A stretch of 58,990 nt of DNA, counting the filler. It is 4 parts of 4 records of this genome, joined end to end, with 100 filler letters (N's around TTAATTAATTAA, not from the genome) between each part and the next. Parts side by side here need not be neighbours in the genome. Positions count along the whole stretch, not along the records: positions 1 to 24,564 come from SRR22947725_1345; 3 more parts are not named here. One strand, 5' to 3'. This document shows positions 1 to 9,184 of the stretch, in pieces. Positions within the stretch are counted from its first letter, which is position 1. Each line of letters opens with the position of its first letter. Under the pieces are notes generated by a model. That model had not been told where the DNA came from, did no database searches, and worked only from the letters and a program-made list of their open reading frames with translations. Position numbers and translations under genes: made by a program.

Positions 1-2
1 CT

Positions 3-983
3 GAATCACCGACAGCAAAAGGTGTGTCAGATTTCTTGAAGCTATTCCTAGCTGATCGAAGAGTTGTTGAGCTTCCCAAAATTTTTTGGTGGCTGCTTTT
101 AAGGCTTATTGTCATCCCCCTCAGAGCAAAAAAAGTTGCAAGGGCATACCAAGAAATATGGTGGAAAGGGTGCACTACAGATCAATGTAATGAAGTCTCT
201 AGAAATAAATGCAAAGGATCTCCGATAAGAGTAATCACTTCTCGGCAGGTAAAAACACTACAAAAAGAGCTTAATGCACAGCATAGTCCTGAAGGGCCTT
301 TGGTAGTTAATGCGGTAACTTATGGAGAGCCATCAATTGAATTTGTTCTAGAGCAGCTCAAAATAGAAAAAATTGAAAGCTTTATTGTGCTACCAATGTA
401 TCCACAGTACTCGGGATCAACAACAGGGGCTATATACGATCAAGTGGCCGATATAATAAAAAAATCAAGGAACGTGCCTGATGTCACGGTTATAAAATCT
501 TATGCGACACATCCTGGTTATATTGATGCATTAGCTCAGACGATAAAAGATCATTGGAAGATTTATGGTAAAAAAGAAAAGTTATTAATGTCTTTTCATG
601 GAATACCCCAAGAATACTCAGATAAAGGTGATCCATATGAAGCTCATTGTTTATCAACCGCTAAAGCTCTGGCTGCAAAACTTCATTTGAAAAATGCTAA
701 TTGGTCAATGGGTTTTCAATCTAGATTTGGCCCAAAAAAGTGGCTGCAACCATATATAGATGATCAGCTTAATGATTGTGCAAAAGACGGCATAAAGTCT
801 ATAGATATTATAAGTCCAGCTTTTACGGCAGATTGCCTCGAAACACTTGAAGAGCTAAATATTGGATATCGAGAGTTATTTCTTGATGCTGGTGGTGAAA
901 ACTATAGTTATATACCTTGTGTAAATGATTCACCATTATTTATATCTGCTCTTGCAGATATCATTAGTGAAAGACTTCATTAA
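3..983 (+). CDS. hemH: Ferrochelatase (5'-truncated by window edge)
   Basis: Motifs LPMYPQYSGSTTG, MSFHGIP, GFQSRFGPKKWLQPY and ADCLETLEEL. The frame stays open upstream of the GTG at 24 (ESPTAKGV), so the true start lies before the window. Confidence 0.95.
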   Translation, partial: ESPTAKGVSDFLKLFLADRRVVELPKIFWWLLLRLIVIPLRAKKVARAYQEIWWKGCTTDQCNEVSRNKCKGSPIRVITSRQVKTLQKELNAQHSPEGPLVVNAVTYGEPSIEFVLEQLKIEKIESFIVLPMYPQYSGSTTGAIYDQVADIIKKSRNVPDVTVIKSYATHPGYIDALAQTIKDHWKIYGKKEKLLMSFHGIPQEYSDKGDPYEAHCLSTAKALAAKLHLKNANWSMGFQSRFGPKKWLQPYIDDQLNDCAKDGIKSIDIISPAFTADCLETLEELNIGYRELFLDAGGENYSYIPCVNDSPLFISALADIISERLH

Positions 984-984
984 A

Positions 985-1680
985 ATGGCTAATATATTAG
1001 CAATTGATACAACGACATCATCATGCTCTGTAGCTTTAAGCTCAGGAGACGAGCTGATCACAAAATGTAATCTAGCGGAAAGAAGCCATACGAAATTAAT
1101 TCTGCCAATGATTGATGAGGTTTTGAGTAAAAGCAGCTTAACTTTAGATAAATTAGATTACATAGCCTTTACTGCTGGACCAGGATCATTCACGGGTATC
1201 AGGATAGGCTTTGGTATCGTTCAGGGGTTAGCTTATGGAGCTAATATACCTGTCTTACCCGTATCTAGTCTTGAAACACTTGCATATACAGCAATCAGAA
1301 AGCTTAAAATAAAAGAAGATTTGAATATAGTCCCAATAATTGATGCTCGAATGAATGAAATATATTGGGCTAAGTTTTCATATAAATCCGGAATTTTATC
1401 GCGCGACAGTAAAGATTGCGTTACGTCCCCACAATGTTTAAAAGATTCAATAGAATTACCAGTAATTTTGATTGGTAATGTTATCGATTACAATGATCAA
1501 ACATCAGAAAATACTCTAGATTTAGACCATATTGTAATGCTCCCTGAAGCCCAAGATGTGCTTAACATGGCCCAACTGCAGTTGAAAAAAGGATCAGGTA
1601 TTGATGTTCAAGAAGTTAGCCCAATTTACCTAAGGAATAATATCAAATGGAAAAAAAGAAAAAAATTAAGAAAAACATAA
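985..1680 (+). CDS. tsaB: tRNA threonylcarbamoyladenosine biosynthesis protein TsaB
   Basis: Motifs ILAIDT, GPGSFTGIRIG and IDARMNEIY. Start moved to the ATG at 985, just after the hemH stop. Confidence 0.93.
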   Translation: MANILAIDTTTSSCSVALSSGDELITKCNLAERSHTKLILPMIDEVLSKSSLTLDKLDYIAFTAGPGSFTGIRIGFGIVQGLAYGANIPVLPVSSLETLAYTAIRKLKIKEDLNIVPIIDARMNEIYWAKFSYKSGILSRDSKDCVTSPQCLKDSIELPVILIGNVIDYNDQTSENTLDLDHIVMLPEAQDVLNMAQLQLKKGSGIDVQEVSPIYLRNNIKWKKRKKLRKT

Positions 1681-1700
1681 AAGTAGAAGGATAGAATCTA

Positions 1701-2504
1701 GTGGATTTATTGCATTTAATAGCTCTATCTTTAATACAGGGTTTAACTGAATTTTTGCCTATTTCTAGCTCAGCTCATCTAATTTTACCATCTGTGCTGC
1801 TAGGCTGGAGAGATCAAGGTTTAGCTTTTGATATAGCTTTACATATTGGCTCTCTAATCGCTGTAATTATTTATTTATATGATGATATTAAAAAATTATT
1901 ATGTGCTTGGTTGTCTAGCTTCATTAACGGAGGGAACACTGCAGAGAGTAGATTATGCTGGTGTATTATTTTATCAACGATTCCAGCTGGATTGATTGGG
2001 CTAATTTTCGGGAACTTAATTGAATTACATTTGAGAACTCTAAGCATCATAGCAGTTGCAACTATAATTTTTGGATTAGCTCTCGGTTTTGCAGACTACA
2101 CTTCTGTAAAGACAAAAAAATTAAATGAATTTACATGGAAAGCTGCACTCTTGGTTGGACTTGCTCAGACTCTAGCACTCATACCTGGGACATCAAGATC
2201 TGGAATAACTATCACAGCTGCTCTTTTATTGGGATTTGAAAGAACAGCTGCAGCTAAGTTTTCTTTCTTACTGGCTATACCAATTATTTTTTTAAGTGGT
2301 TCATATAAAGTCGCCCAAATAGCCGGCGATACTGCTATCCACTGGGGAGATCTTATGCTCGGAGCATTAATATCCTTTTTAGCTGCGTACACATGTATAA
2401 ATTTATTTGTTATTTTAATCAATAAAGTAGGGATGATACCCTTTGTTATTTATAGGCTCATTTTAGGTATATTCTTGATTATGATCGCAATCGGTACTAA
2501 ATAA
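1701..2504 (+). CDS. uppP: Undecaprenyl-diphosphate phosphatase
   Basis: Motifs QGLTEFLPISSSAHL and ALIPGTSRSGITI; multiple hydrophobic helices. Confidence 0.96.
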   Translation: MDLLHLIALSLIQGLTEFLPISSSAHLILPSVLLGWRDQGLAFDIALHIGSLIAVIIYLYDDIKKLLCAWLSSFINGGNTAESRLCWCIILSTIPAGLIGLIFGNLIELHLRTLSIIAVATIIFGLALGFADYTSVKTKKLNEFTWKAALLVGLAQTLALIPGTSRSGITITAALLLGFERTAAAKFSFLLAIPIIFLSGSYKVAQIAGDTAIHWGDLMLGALISFLAAYTCINLFVILINKVGMIPFVIYRLILGIFLIMIAIGTK

Positions 2505-2523
2505 AAACAATCTGAGAAATTAT

Positions 2524-3828
2524 ATGAATAACTTTAGTTATAGCGAACAACTAATTGAATTTATTAAAAATTCTCCGACATCTTACCATGCTGTAGATAA
2601 TATGAAGAAGTTTTTAAATTCTGCAGGGTTTGAATGTCTAGATGAAAATGAACCTTGGTGTCTAAAAAGTAATAATGGATATTACGTAACTCGTAATGAT
2701 TCATCTATTATCGCGTTTATTGTTGGGGCCAAAGAACCTATAGAAACAGGTATTCGTCTTGTTGGGGCACACACTGACAGCCCTTGCTTAAAAATAAAAC
2801 CTAACCCAGAGATCCACAAAAAAACATATTTTCAATTAGGCGTAGAGGTTTATGGTGGAGTGCTCCTAAATACATGGTTTGATCGTGATCTGTCTATCGC
2901 TGGGAAAGTTACCTTTAAAAATAAAGATAATAAGCTTGCTGTAGCATTAATAGATTTTAAAAAACCAATCGCTGTTATCCCAAGTCTAGCAATTCACTTA
3001 AATAGAGATGCAAATAATGGCCACATAGTTAATCCTGAAACTGGGATGCGTCCAATCTTAACTGTACGCCACACAAATAATGAAGATTTTAGAGATATTT
3101 TGGCTAAAAAACTCGTATCTCAATTATCTTCGACATCAAAATCTGACAACTTGTCAGTAATAGATTACGATCTTTCCTTTTATGATACTCAGCCACCAGG
3201 TTTAATCGGGCTTAAAAAAGACTTCATATCTAGCGCAAGACTCGATAATCTTTTAAGTTGCTTTGCTGGTGTTCAGGCAATCATCAGAACTAATAAACAA
3301 GTAACTAGTATGCTTGCCTGCTATGATCATGAGGAAGTTGGAAGCACCTCTGCTATAGGTGCAAATGGAGCATTTATGGAATCAGTGCTCAATCGGCTTT
3401 TTGATCAGGCCGAGACTAAGTCCCGTGTCGTTGCAAACTCAATGCTTATTTCTACTGATAATGCACATGGCGTTCATCCCAATTTTTTAGATAAACATGA
3501 TGAAAATCATTCTCCTATTATAAACAACGGGCTCGTAATAAAAGTTAACGCCAACCAGCGTTATGCTACCGACAGTTTGACATCTTCATTACTGAAAAAC
3601 TTATGTAATGATATCAGTATCCCAACACAATCTTTTGTTAATAGAGCTGACATGTCATGCGGGAGCACTATTGGACCTATCACAGCAGCAAATATTGGTA
3701 TAAAAACTATTGACATAGGCGTTCCTACATTTGCCATGCACTCTATAAGGGAAATTGCAGGTAAAGAAGATGCTTTTTACTTGTTTCAAATGCTGAATAA
3801 GTTCTTGGATACAGAAAAATTACAATGA
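2524..3828 (+). CDS. apeB: M18 family (aspartyl) aminopeptidase
   Basis: Metal-ligand motifs GAHTDSP, RLDNL, DHEEVGS, DNAHGVHPNF and MHSIRE. Confidence 0.9.
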   Translation: MNNFSYSEQLIEFIKNSPTSYHAVDNMKKFLNSAGFECLDENEPWCLKSNNGYYVTRNDSSIIAFIVGAKEPIETGIRLVGAHTDSPCLKIKPNPEIHKKTYFQLGVEVYGGVLLNTWFDRDLSIAGKVTFKNKDNKLAVALIDFKKPIAVIPSLAIHLNRDANNGHIVNPETGMRPILTVRHTNNEDFRDILAKKLVSQLSSTSKSDNLSVIDYDLSFYDTQPPGLIGLKKDFISSARLDNLLSCFAGVQAIIRTNKQVTSMLACYDHEEVGSTSAIGANGAFMESVLNRLFDQAETKSRVVANSMLISTDNAHGVHPNFLDKHDENHSPIINNGLVIKVNANQRYATDSLTSSLLKNLCNDISIPTQSFVNRADMSCGSTIGPITAANIGIKTIDIGVPTFAMHSIREIAGKEDAFYLFQMLNKFLDTEKLQ

Positions 3829-3945
3829 GGCCCTTTATTGCAAAAGTATAGCCGAAAATTGCAGTGCTCATTTTATGATTATAAAATACTTTTTACGCCC
3901 AATAAAAAGCTATAATCTTTATATTTATCTTAAACAGGATTTTAG

Positions 3946-4980
3946 ATGGAAGTTAAATCGAAAAACGTCTCGAATAGGGTGCTTACAGGAATAACTACAA
4001 CAGGAACACCTCATTTGGGTAACTATGTGGGTGCTATTCGACCTGCGATAGAAGCTAGTAAAGAAGAGAATGTTGATAGCTTCTTCTTCCTTGCGGATTT
4101 TCATGCAATGATAAAGTGCCAAGATCCCAACGTGGTGCATCAATCAACAAAAGAAATTGCTGCAACATGGTTAGCACTTGGTTTAGATCCCAATAATGTA
4201 ACATTCTACCGACAATCTGATATTCCCGAAATACCCCAGTTATGTTGGTACTTGATGTGCGTGGCCCCGAAAGGACTTATGAACAGAGCACATGCATATA
4301 AAGATGCGGTCCAAAAAAATATTGATTCTGGTGAAGATAATGATTTTGGAGTAGCTATGGGTTTGTACTCATATCCAATTCTGATGGCAGCAGACATACT
4401 CATGTTTAATGCTACCAAAGTTCCAGTTGGAAAAGATCAAGTTCAGCACATAGAAATGACCAGAGATATAGCTCAACGCTTTAATTATCTTTATGGTAAA
4501 CAGTTCTCTTTACCGCAAGCTGTCGTTAACGACCAAATCTCACTCTTACAAGGCACAGACGGTAGAAAAATGAGTAAGAGTTACGGAAATACTATTCCGC
4601 TGTTCTTATCTGAAAAACAGCTAAGAAAGCAAATTAATAAAATTAAAACAAATCTCCTAGAGCCTGGAGAGCCGAAAGATCCAGACTCTTCTGTAGTGTT
4701 CCAAATCTGGAGAGCGTTTGCTTCACCAGATCAAATTAGCTATATGCGAGAATCATTTAGAAATGGAATTTCATGGGGGGATGCAAAAAAGCAACTTTTT
4801 GAGCTTGTTAATGCGGAGCTTCAAAAACCGAGAATTCTTTATAATGAGCTACTAGAGTCTCCTGATTATATTGAGTCCATATTATGCAAAGGAGCCATAA
4901 AAGCTAGAAATCATAGCGCATCATTCTTAAAAAAAATCAACATTAGTATGGGGCTACAATCACTTGAAATAAGAAACTAG
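3946..4980 (+). CDS. trpS: Tryptophan--tRNA ligase
   Basis: Motifs HLGN (HIGH-like), KMSKS, YPILMAADIL and VPVGKDQ. Confidence 0.96.
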   Translation: MEVKSKNVSNRVLTGITTTGTPHLGNYVGAIRPAIEASKEENVDSFFFLADFHAMIKCQDPNVVHQSTKEIAATWLALGLDPNNVTFYRQSDIPEIPQLCWYLMCVAPKGLMNRAHAYKDAVQKNIDSGEDNDFGVAMGLYSYPILMAADILMFNATKVPVGKDQVQHIEMTRDIAQRFNYLYGKQFSLPQAVVNDQISLLQGTDGRKMSKSYGNTIPLFLSEKQLRKQINKIKTNLLEPGEPKDPDSSVVFQIWRAFASPDQISYMRESFRNGISWGDAKKQLFELVNAELQKPRILYNELLESPDYIESILCKGAIKARNHSASFLKKINISMGLQSLEIRN

Positions 4981-5015
4981 AGGGATTGCCAATAGTTTCG
5001 AGCTCGGAAAACTAG

Positions 5016-6311
5016 CTAGTAAAGTCTATTGATGACTTTTATAATTCCATTGGTTAATTTTTTTAGATCCTCAGACGAGATATTATAAGGAGGCATTAAA
5101 TATATTCTTTTATCAAAAGGCCTTATCCATATACCTTCGGAAACGAACTCTTTTTGTATTTTACCAACATCAATTTTTTCAAACATCTCAACAACGCCAA
5201 TCGCCCCCAAACATCTGACATCTTTTACACTACGATGCTCGTCTAGACCTGAAAGCTGATCTTTTAACTGGGTGTTGATTCTTTTAATGGTTGTCTGCCA
5301 ATCAGTATCTAAAAGTAAGTCGATACTAGCATTGGCAACAGAGCAAGCTAGAGGATTTCCCATATAGGTGGGTCCATGCATAAAAACACCTGAACCTCCT
5401 GAGCATATAGTGTTACTTATCTTGCTCGTACAAAGTGTTGCTGCTAGAGTCATGTAGCCTCCTGTTAATGCCTTGCCAAGGCATAAGATATCGGGACTTG
5501 TATCTGACCACTCGCATGCAAATAACTTGCCTGTGCGACCGAAGCCTGTAGCAATTTCATCTGCAATCAACAAAACATCATAACTGTCACACAGTTTTCG
5601 AATTTCCTGCATATAAAATGGAGAATAAAAATTTAACCCTCCGGCACCCTGCATTACTGGCTCAATAATTACAGCTGCTATATTTTGGGAGTTTGCTTCT
5701 AATTTCGATTTAACGTCATATATATATCTATCTTCCCAGGCATCATGGAAACCACAAATAGGTGCTTCTGCAAAAATTTGCTTATCAAGAGTATGGTTAA
5801 AAAGGGAATGCATTCCATTTACTGGATCACAGACAGACATAGCTCCTAATGTATCGCCGTGATACCCCTTTTTAAAGCTGAGAAACCGAGACTTCTCAAA
5901 ACGCTCTTGAGATGACCAAAATTGTAGGGCCATCTTAAGAGCCACCTCTACACTCACTGATCCAGAATCTGACAGAAACACCTTATCTAGACCATCAGGA
6001 GTAATGTCAACTAAAGTCTTACAAAGAGTAGCGGCAGGCTCATGCGTAATACCTCCAAACATGACATGAGAAACCTTGCCTATCTGATCTATCAAAGCTT
6101 TATTTAACGCAGGATGGTTATAACCATGGATAGCTGACCACCATGAAGACATGCCGTCTATCAATTCTGTGCCATCAGATAATTTTAATCGGACTCCAGA
6201 GGCACTCACGACCTGGTATGCTGGTATAGGTTTTGTTAAAGAAGAGTAGGGATGCCATATATGATTCTTATCAATAATAGCAACCTGCTCTGGTGTTAAA
6301 GGCTTTGTCAT
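5016..6311 (-). CDS. bioA: Adenosylmethionine--8-amino-7-oxononanoate aminotransferase
   Basis: Motifs IWHPY, DGMSSWW, GYHGDT, DEIATGFGRTG and CLGKALTGG (PLP lysine). ATG at 6311 chosen as start. Confidence 0.95.
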   Translation of the reverse strand: MTKPLTPEQVAIIDKNHIWHPYSSLTKPIPAYQVVSASGVRLKLSDGTELIDGMSSWWSAIHGYNHPALNKALIDQIGKVSHVMFGGITHEPAATLCKTLVDITPDGLDKVFLSDSGSVSVEVALKMALQFWSSQERFEKSRFLSFKKGYHGDTLGAMSVCDPVNGMHSLFNHTLDKQIFAEAPICGFHDAWEDRYIYDVKSKLEANSQNIAAVIIEPVMQGAGGLNFYSPFYMQEIRKLCDSYDVLLIADEIATGFGRTGKLFACEWSDTSPDILCLGKALTGGYMTLAATLCTSKISNTICSGGSGVFMHGPTYMGNPLACSVANASIDLLLDTDWQTTIKRINTQLKDQLSGLDEHRSVKDVRCLGAIGVVEMFEKIDVGKIQKEFVSEGIWIRPFDKRIYLMPPYNISSEDLKKLTNGIIKVINRLY

Positions 6312-6404
6312 AGTTAGCACTAGTTTGGACGAATGTTTGTAGAAAAAGATAAGTAAATAAAATTAATAATATCAATAAAAATTTCTTAAGGCACTCTAAG
6401 GTAT

Positions 6405-7088
6405 TTATTTGCCTCCATTCATTTCAGACCATCCATTCGGATCGTTTAAGTACTCTTCAATCGTCAGAATTGATGACTCGTCTATATAACTAGTATCTCT
6501 GCATACAGATAAAACATCTTTCCATGTCGTAAGGAAATGTAACCTTATATCATTTTTAGCAAGTATTTTTTTTGTGTCAGGAAAAATATCGTAAAAAAAG
6601 AGGACAAAGGTATCGGTAACTTCTGCACCGGCCTCTCGAAGAGCATTACAAAACTTAATTTTACTACCTCCATCTGTAGTTAAATCCTCGACTAAGAGAA
6701 CCTTGGACCCTTCTGTGATATGACCTTCTATTTGCGCATCCTTACCAAATCCTTTTGGTTTCTTTCTTACATACTGCATTGGCAGAGAAAGCCTTTCTGA
6801 AAGCCAAGCAGCAAAGGGTATACCAGCTGTTTCTCCACCAGCTATAGCATCTATAGACTCAAAGCCAATATCTCTCAGCACCACGGAAGCTCCAAAATCC
6901 ATAAGAGCCGACCTAACTCTAGGGTAGGATATTATCTTTCTACAGTCGATATAGACTGGACTTGCTTTTCCAGATGTCAGAATATAAGGATCACTTGGCC
7001 TAAAATTGATTGCCCCAATCTCTATTAACATTTTAGCGCTCAAGGATGCTATAAGTTTTTTATCAGGGAAGCTATTAAATGACATCAC
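6405..7088 (-). CDS. pyrE: Orotate phosphoribosyltransferase (SPVYIDCR type, alphaproteobacterial-like)
   Basis: Motifs [13 protein letters not shown] and [10 protein letters not shown], plus the PRPP loop [12 protein letters not shown]. Confidence 0.93.
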   Translation of the reverse strand: MMSFNSFPDKKLIASLSAKMLIEIGAINFRPSDPYILTSGKASPVYIDCRKIISYPRVRSALMDFGASVVLRDIGFESIDAIAGGETAGIPFAAWLSERLSLPMQYVRKKPKGFGKDAQIEGHITEGSKVLLVEDLTTDGGSKIKFCNALREAGAEVTDTFVLFFYDIFPDTKKILAKNDIRLHFLTTWKDVLSVCRDTSYIDESSILTIEEYLNDPNGWSEMNGGK

Positions 7089-7148
7089 TACTCCAGAACA
7101 AGAATTAAAAAATTTACATACTTAATATTGCCAGAATAGGCTAGTTTT

Positions 7149-7166
7149 ATCTATGTATACATAGAT
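7149..7166. promoter_or_regulatory. Perfect 18-bp palindrome, candidate operator in the divergent pyrE/rhodopsin intergenic region
   Basis: ATCTATGTATACATAGAT is its own reverse complement. Function is inferred only. Confidence 0.4.
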
Positions 7167-7340
7167 GAAGTTCATAATTTAAGTAAATTCTTTATTTTAG
7201 ATGATAATGATTACCATCTTTTATTAAAATTAACTGGTGTGTCTGGCCTGCAGCCCTGAAGATTCAATAATAAACAGGTATTTAATTTCATTAAATATCA
7301 ATTATATGTAATTTTATATTAGTTTTTTAGCAAAAATCTA

Positions 7341-7369
7341 TTGACTAAAAGGTCTTCATTGTTCAAATT
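7341..7369 (+). promoter_or_regulatory. Candidate sigma70 promoter for the proteorhodopsin gene
   Basis: TTGACT at 7341-7346, a 16-17 bp spacer, then TG-n-TCAAAT/CAAATT as a weak (extended) -10. RBS AGGAGA lies just before ATG 7516. Confidence 0.35.
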
Positions 7370-7515
7370 AGACAGGTGATTCCTTTAGGCAAACAATTTG
7401 TCTTGCAAAGAAAGGCTCATTTAAGTAGTAATTTGAAGCAGGCGTTAAGACTTGCAAGCTTTAATATTTACATTAATGTGAAAATAAAACTTAATAAAAG
7501 TAAAAGGAGAGAAAC

Positions 7516-8211
7516 ATGGAAACGACAGGTTTAAATCCTAGTGATTATACAGGAGTCAGTTTCTGGATTATATCCGCAGCAATGGTTGCGGCAACTTACT
7601 TTTTCACTGTTGAACGCGATCGCGCAGAAGGCAAGTGGAAAACATCTTTAACCGTTGCGGCGATGGTAACTGGTATTGCAGCGATTCACTATTTCTACAT
7701 GCGAGGGGTTTGGGTATCAACAGGTGCAAGCCCGACAGTCTTCCGCTATGTCGATTGGTTGTTAACTGTACCACTGCAGATTGTCGAGTTTTTCTTGATT
7801 CTTTCTGCTATAGCTGTAGTTCGTGCTGCTTTATTCTGGAAGCTGTTAATTGCATCCGTTGTGATGCTAGTTGGCGGATATCTCGGTGAAGTTGGAGCTA
7901 TGTCCTATTGGCCAGCATTCGCAATTGGTATGGCTGGTTGGATATATATCATCTACGAAATCTTCGTTGGTGAAGCTAGTCAAATCAGCGCAGCCCAAGG
8001 TACTGAAGCAAGTAAAACTGCCTTCAATGCACTGCGTTTAATTGTAACTGTTGGGTGGTCAATCTATCCCATAGGTTATATCGTAGGTGCTGGTGCAGGT
8101 GGTGATGCTGCATCTAACCTCAACCTTGTATACAACCTTGCAGACTTCGTTAACAAGATTGCATTCGGTGTTGTTATTTGGGTAGCAGCTACATCTTCGT
8201 CTAAGGCTTAA
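7516..8211 (+). CDS. Proteorhodopsin, DTE proton pump, Gln at spectral-tuning site (blue-absorbing type), no signal peptide
   Basis: Seven TM helices. Helix C RYVDWLLTVPLQIVE gives D80/T84/Q88/E91 (D97/T101/Q105/E108 in GPR numbering). H58 corresponds to H75. Helix G ADFVNK carries the retinal-binding Lys. Confidence 0.96.
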   Translation: METTGLNPSDYTGVSFWIISAAMVAATYFFTVERDRAEGKWKTSLTVAAMVTGIAAIHYFYMRGVWVSTGASPTVFRYVDWLLTVPLQIVEFFLILSAIAVVRAALFWKLLIASVVMLVGGYLGEVGAMSYWPAFAIGMAGWIYIIYEIFVGEASQISAAQGTEASKTAFNALRLIVTVGWSIYPIGYIVGAGAGGDAASNLNLVYNLADFVNKIAFGVVIWVAATSSSKA

Positions 8212-8242
8212 TAACCTGTAGTTCGAATATCAAGTAGCAAGT

Positions 8243-8288
8243 TTGGCGTTATAGGGCGATATATTTAGTCCTGTAACGCCAATTTTTT
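8243..8288 (+). terminator. Intrinsic terminator after proteorhodopsin
   Basis: 15-bp stem TTGGCGTTATAGGGC / GTCCTGTAACGCCAA (two G-U pairs) followed by T6. Confidence 0.75.
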
Positions 8289-8367
8289 ATAATATCTTCT
8301 CAATTTTTCGTAATTTGTATTTAAGAGGGTGCTGTAAAAAATTATAGTTTTTTAAGGGGAGAAAAGA

Positions 8368-9111
8368 ATGGAATTAAGTGATTACAATCTCGTCTTTAAT
8401 TCATTGTCCTTTGCTATTGCAACATTTGGAGCAGCTACAGTATTTATGTTTGCTCAGCGTAGCCAAGTTGCTCCAGCATATAAAACAGCACTTACGCTAT
8501 CAGGCTTAGTATGCCTAATTGCCTTCTATCATTATGTCAGAATGTTTGAAAGCTTTGAGCATGCATATACCCTTAAAGATGGAACAGTGATTGCTACTGG
8601 CTCAGCATTCAACGATGCATATCGTTATGTTGACTGGTTACTAACTGTGCCACTGCTTTTACTAGAACTTGTCCTTGTGATGAGATTGAGTAAGAAAGAT
8701 ACTTATTCAAAAGGCATCAAGCTAGCAGTCGCTTCAGCATTAATGGTTGTTCTAGGTTACCCAGGCGAAGTTGCCGCTACTGGAGAGGAGCGTTGGTTGT
8801 GGTGGACTGCTGCAATGATCCCATTTTTTTACATTGTAAAAGAATTGATTATAGGTTTAGGTGCCTCAATAAACTCTCAACCCACTAGTGTTAGAGGATT
8901 GGTAGCTAATGCAAGAACTTTAACTATACTTTCTTGGTGCTTCTACCCAATAGTCTTTATTCTACCAATGCTTGGCATAGGTGCCTTAGAGCTTGGTAAA
9001 ATTAATGCTGCTGTTCAAGTGGGTTATACAATTGCAGATATTGTTGCTAAAGCAGGTTTCGGTGTTATGATCTATATGATTGCTCAACGTAAATCTGATG
9101 CTGGCGCTTAA
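8368..9111 (+). CDS. Xanthorhodopsin-like rhodopsin, DTE proton pump, Leu at tuning site, Trp at carotenoid-antenna window
   Basis: Seven TM helices. XR-family signatures YHYVRMFESF, FNDAYRYVDWLLTVPLLLLE (D89/T93/L97/E100), LGYPGE, SWCFYPI and QVGYTIADIVAK (retinal Lys). RBS AAGGGGAG. Confidence 0.93.
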   Translation: MELSDYNLVFNSLSFAIATFGAATVFMFAQRSQVAPAYKTALTLSGLVCLIAFYHYVRMFESFEHAYTLKDGTVIATGSAFNDAYRYVDWLLTVPLLLLELVLVMRLSKKDTYSKGIKLAVASALMVVLGYPGEVAATGEERWLWWTAAMIPFFYIVKELIIGLGASINSQPTSVRGLVANARTLTILSWCFYPIVFILPMLGIGALELGKINAAVQVGYTIADIVAKAGFGVMIYMIAQRKSDAGA

Positions 9112-9130
9112 GTAGTAGAAAAAATACAAG

Positions 9131-9160
9131 AAAAAACGCGCCTTATTGGCGCGTTTTTTT
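9131..9160 (+). terminator. Intrinsic (potentially bidirectional) terminator after the xanthorhodopsin-like gene
   Basis: AAAAAA-CGCGCC-TTATT-GGCGCG-TTTTTTT. Confidence 0.85.
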
Positions 9161-9184
9161 ATACTGAGATATATGAGAGGGCCT

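Noticed and set aside
7385-7425. GGCAAA...GCAAAG resembling a c-di-GMP-I riboswitch
   Set aside because: It lacks the GNRA-capped P2 stem and the downstream receptor helix, and the spacing is too short.
6321-7515. Second dif copy or target-site duplication at the left border of the island
   Set aside because: The best partial arms (about 7111-7121, 7302-7312, 7484-7494) reach only ~8/11 with no matching partner arm or spacer.
7744-8655. Identical peptide RYVDWLLTVPL in both opsins suggesting recent duplication or gene conversion
   Set aside because: Synonymous positions differ throughout and the rest of the proteins carry different family signatures. This is ordinary helix C conservation.
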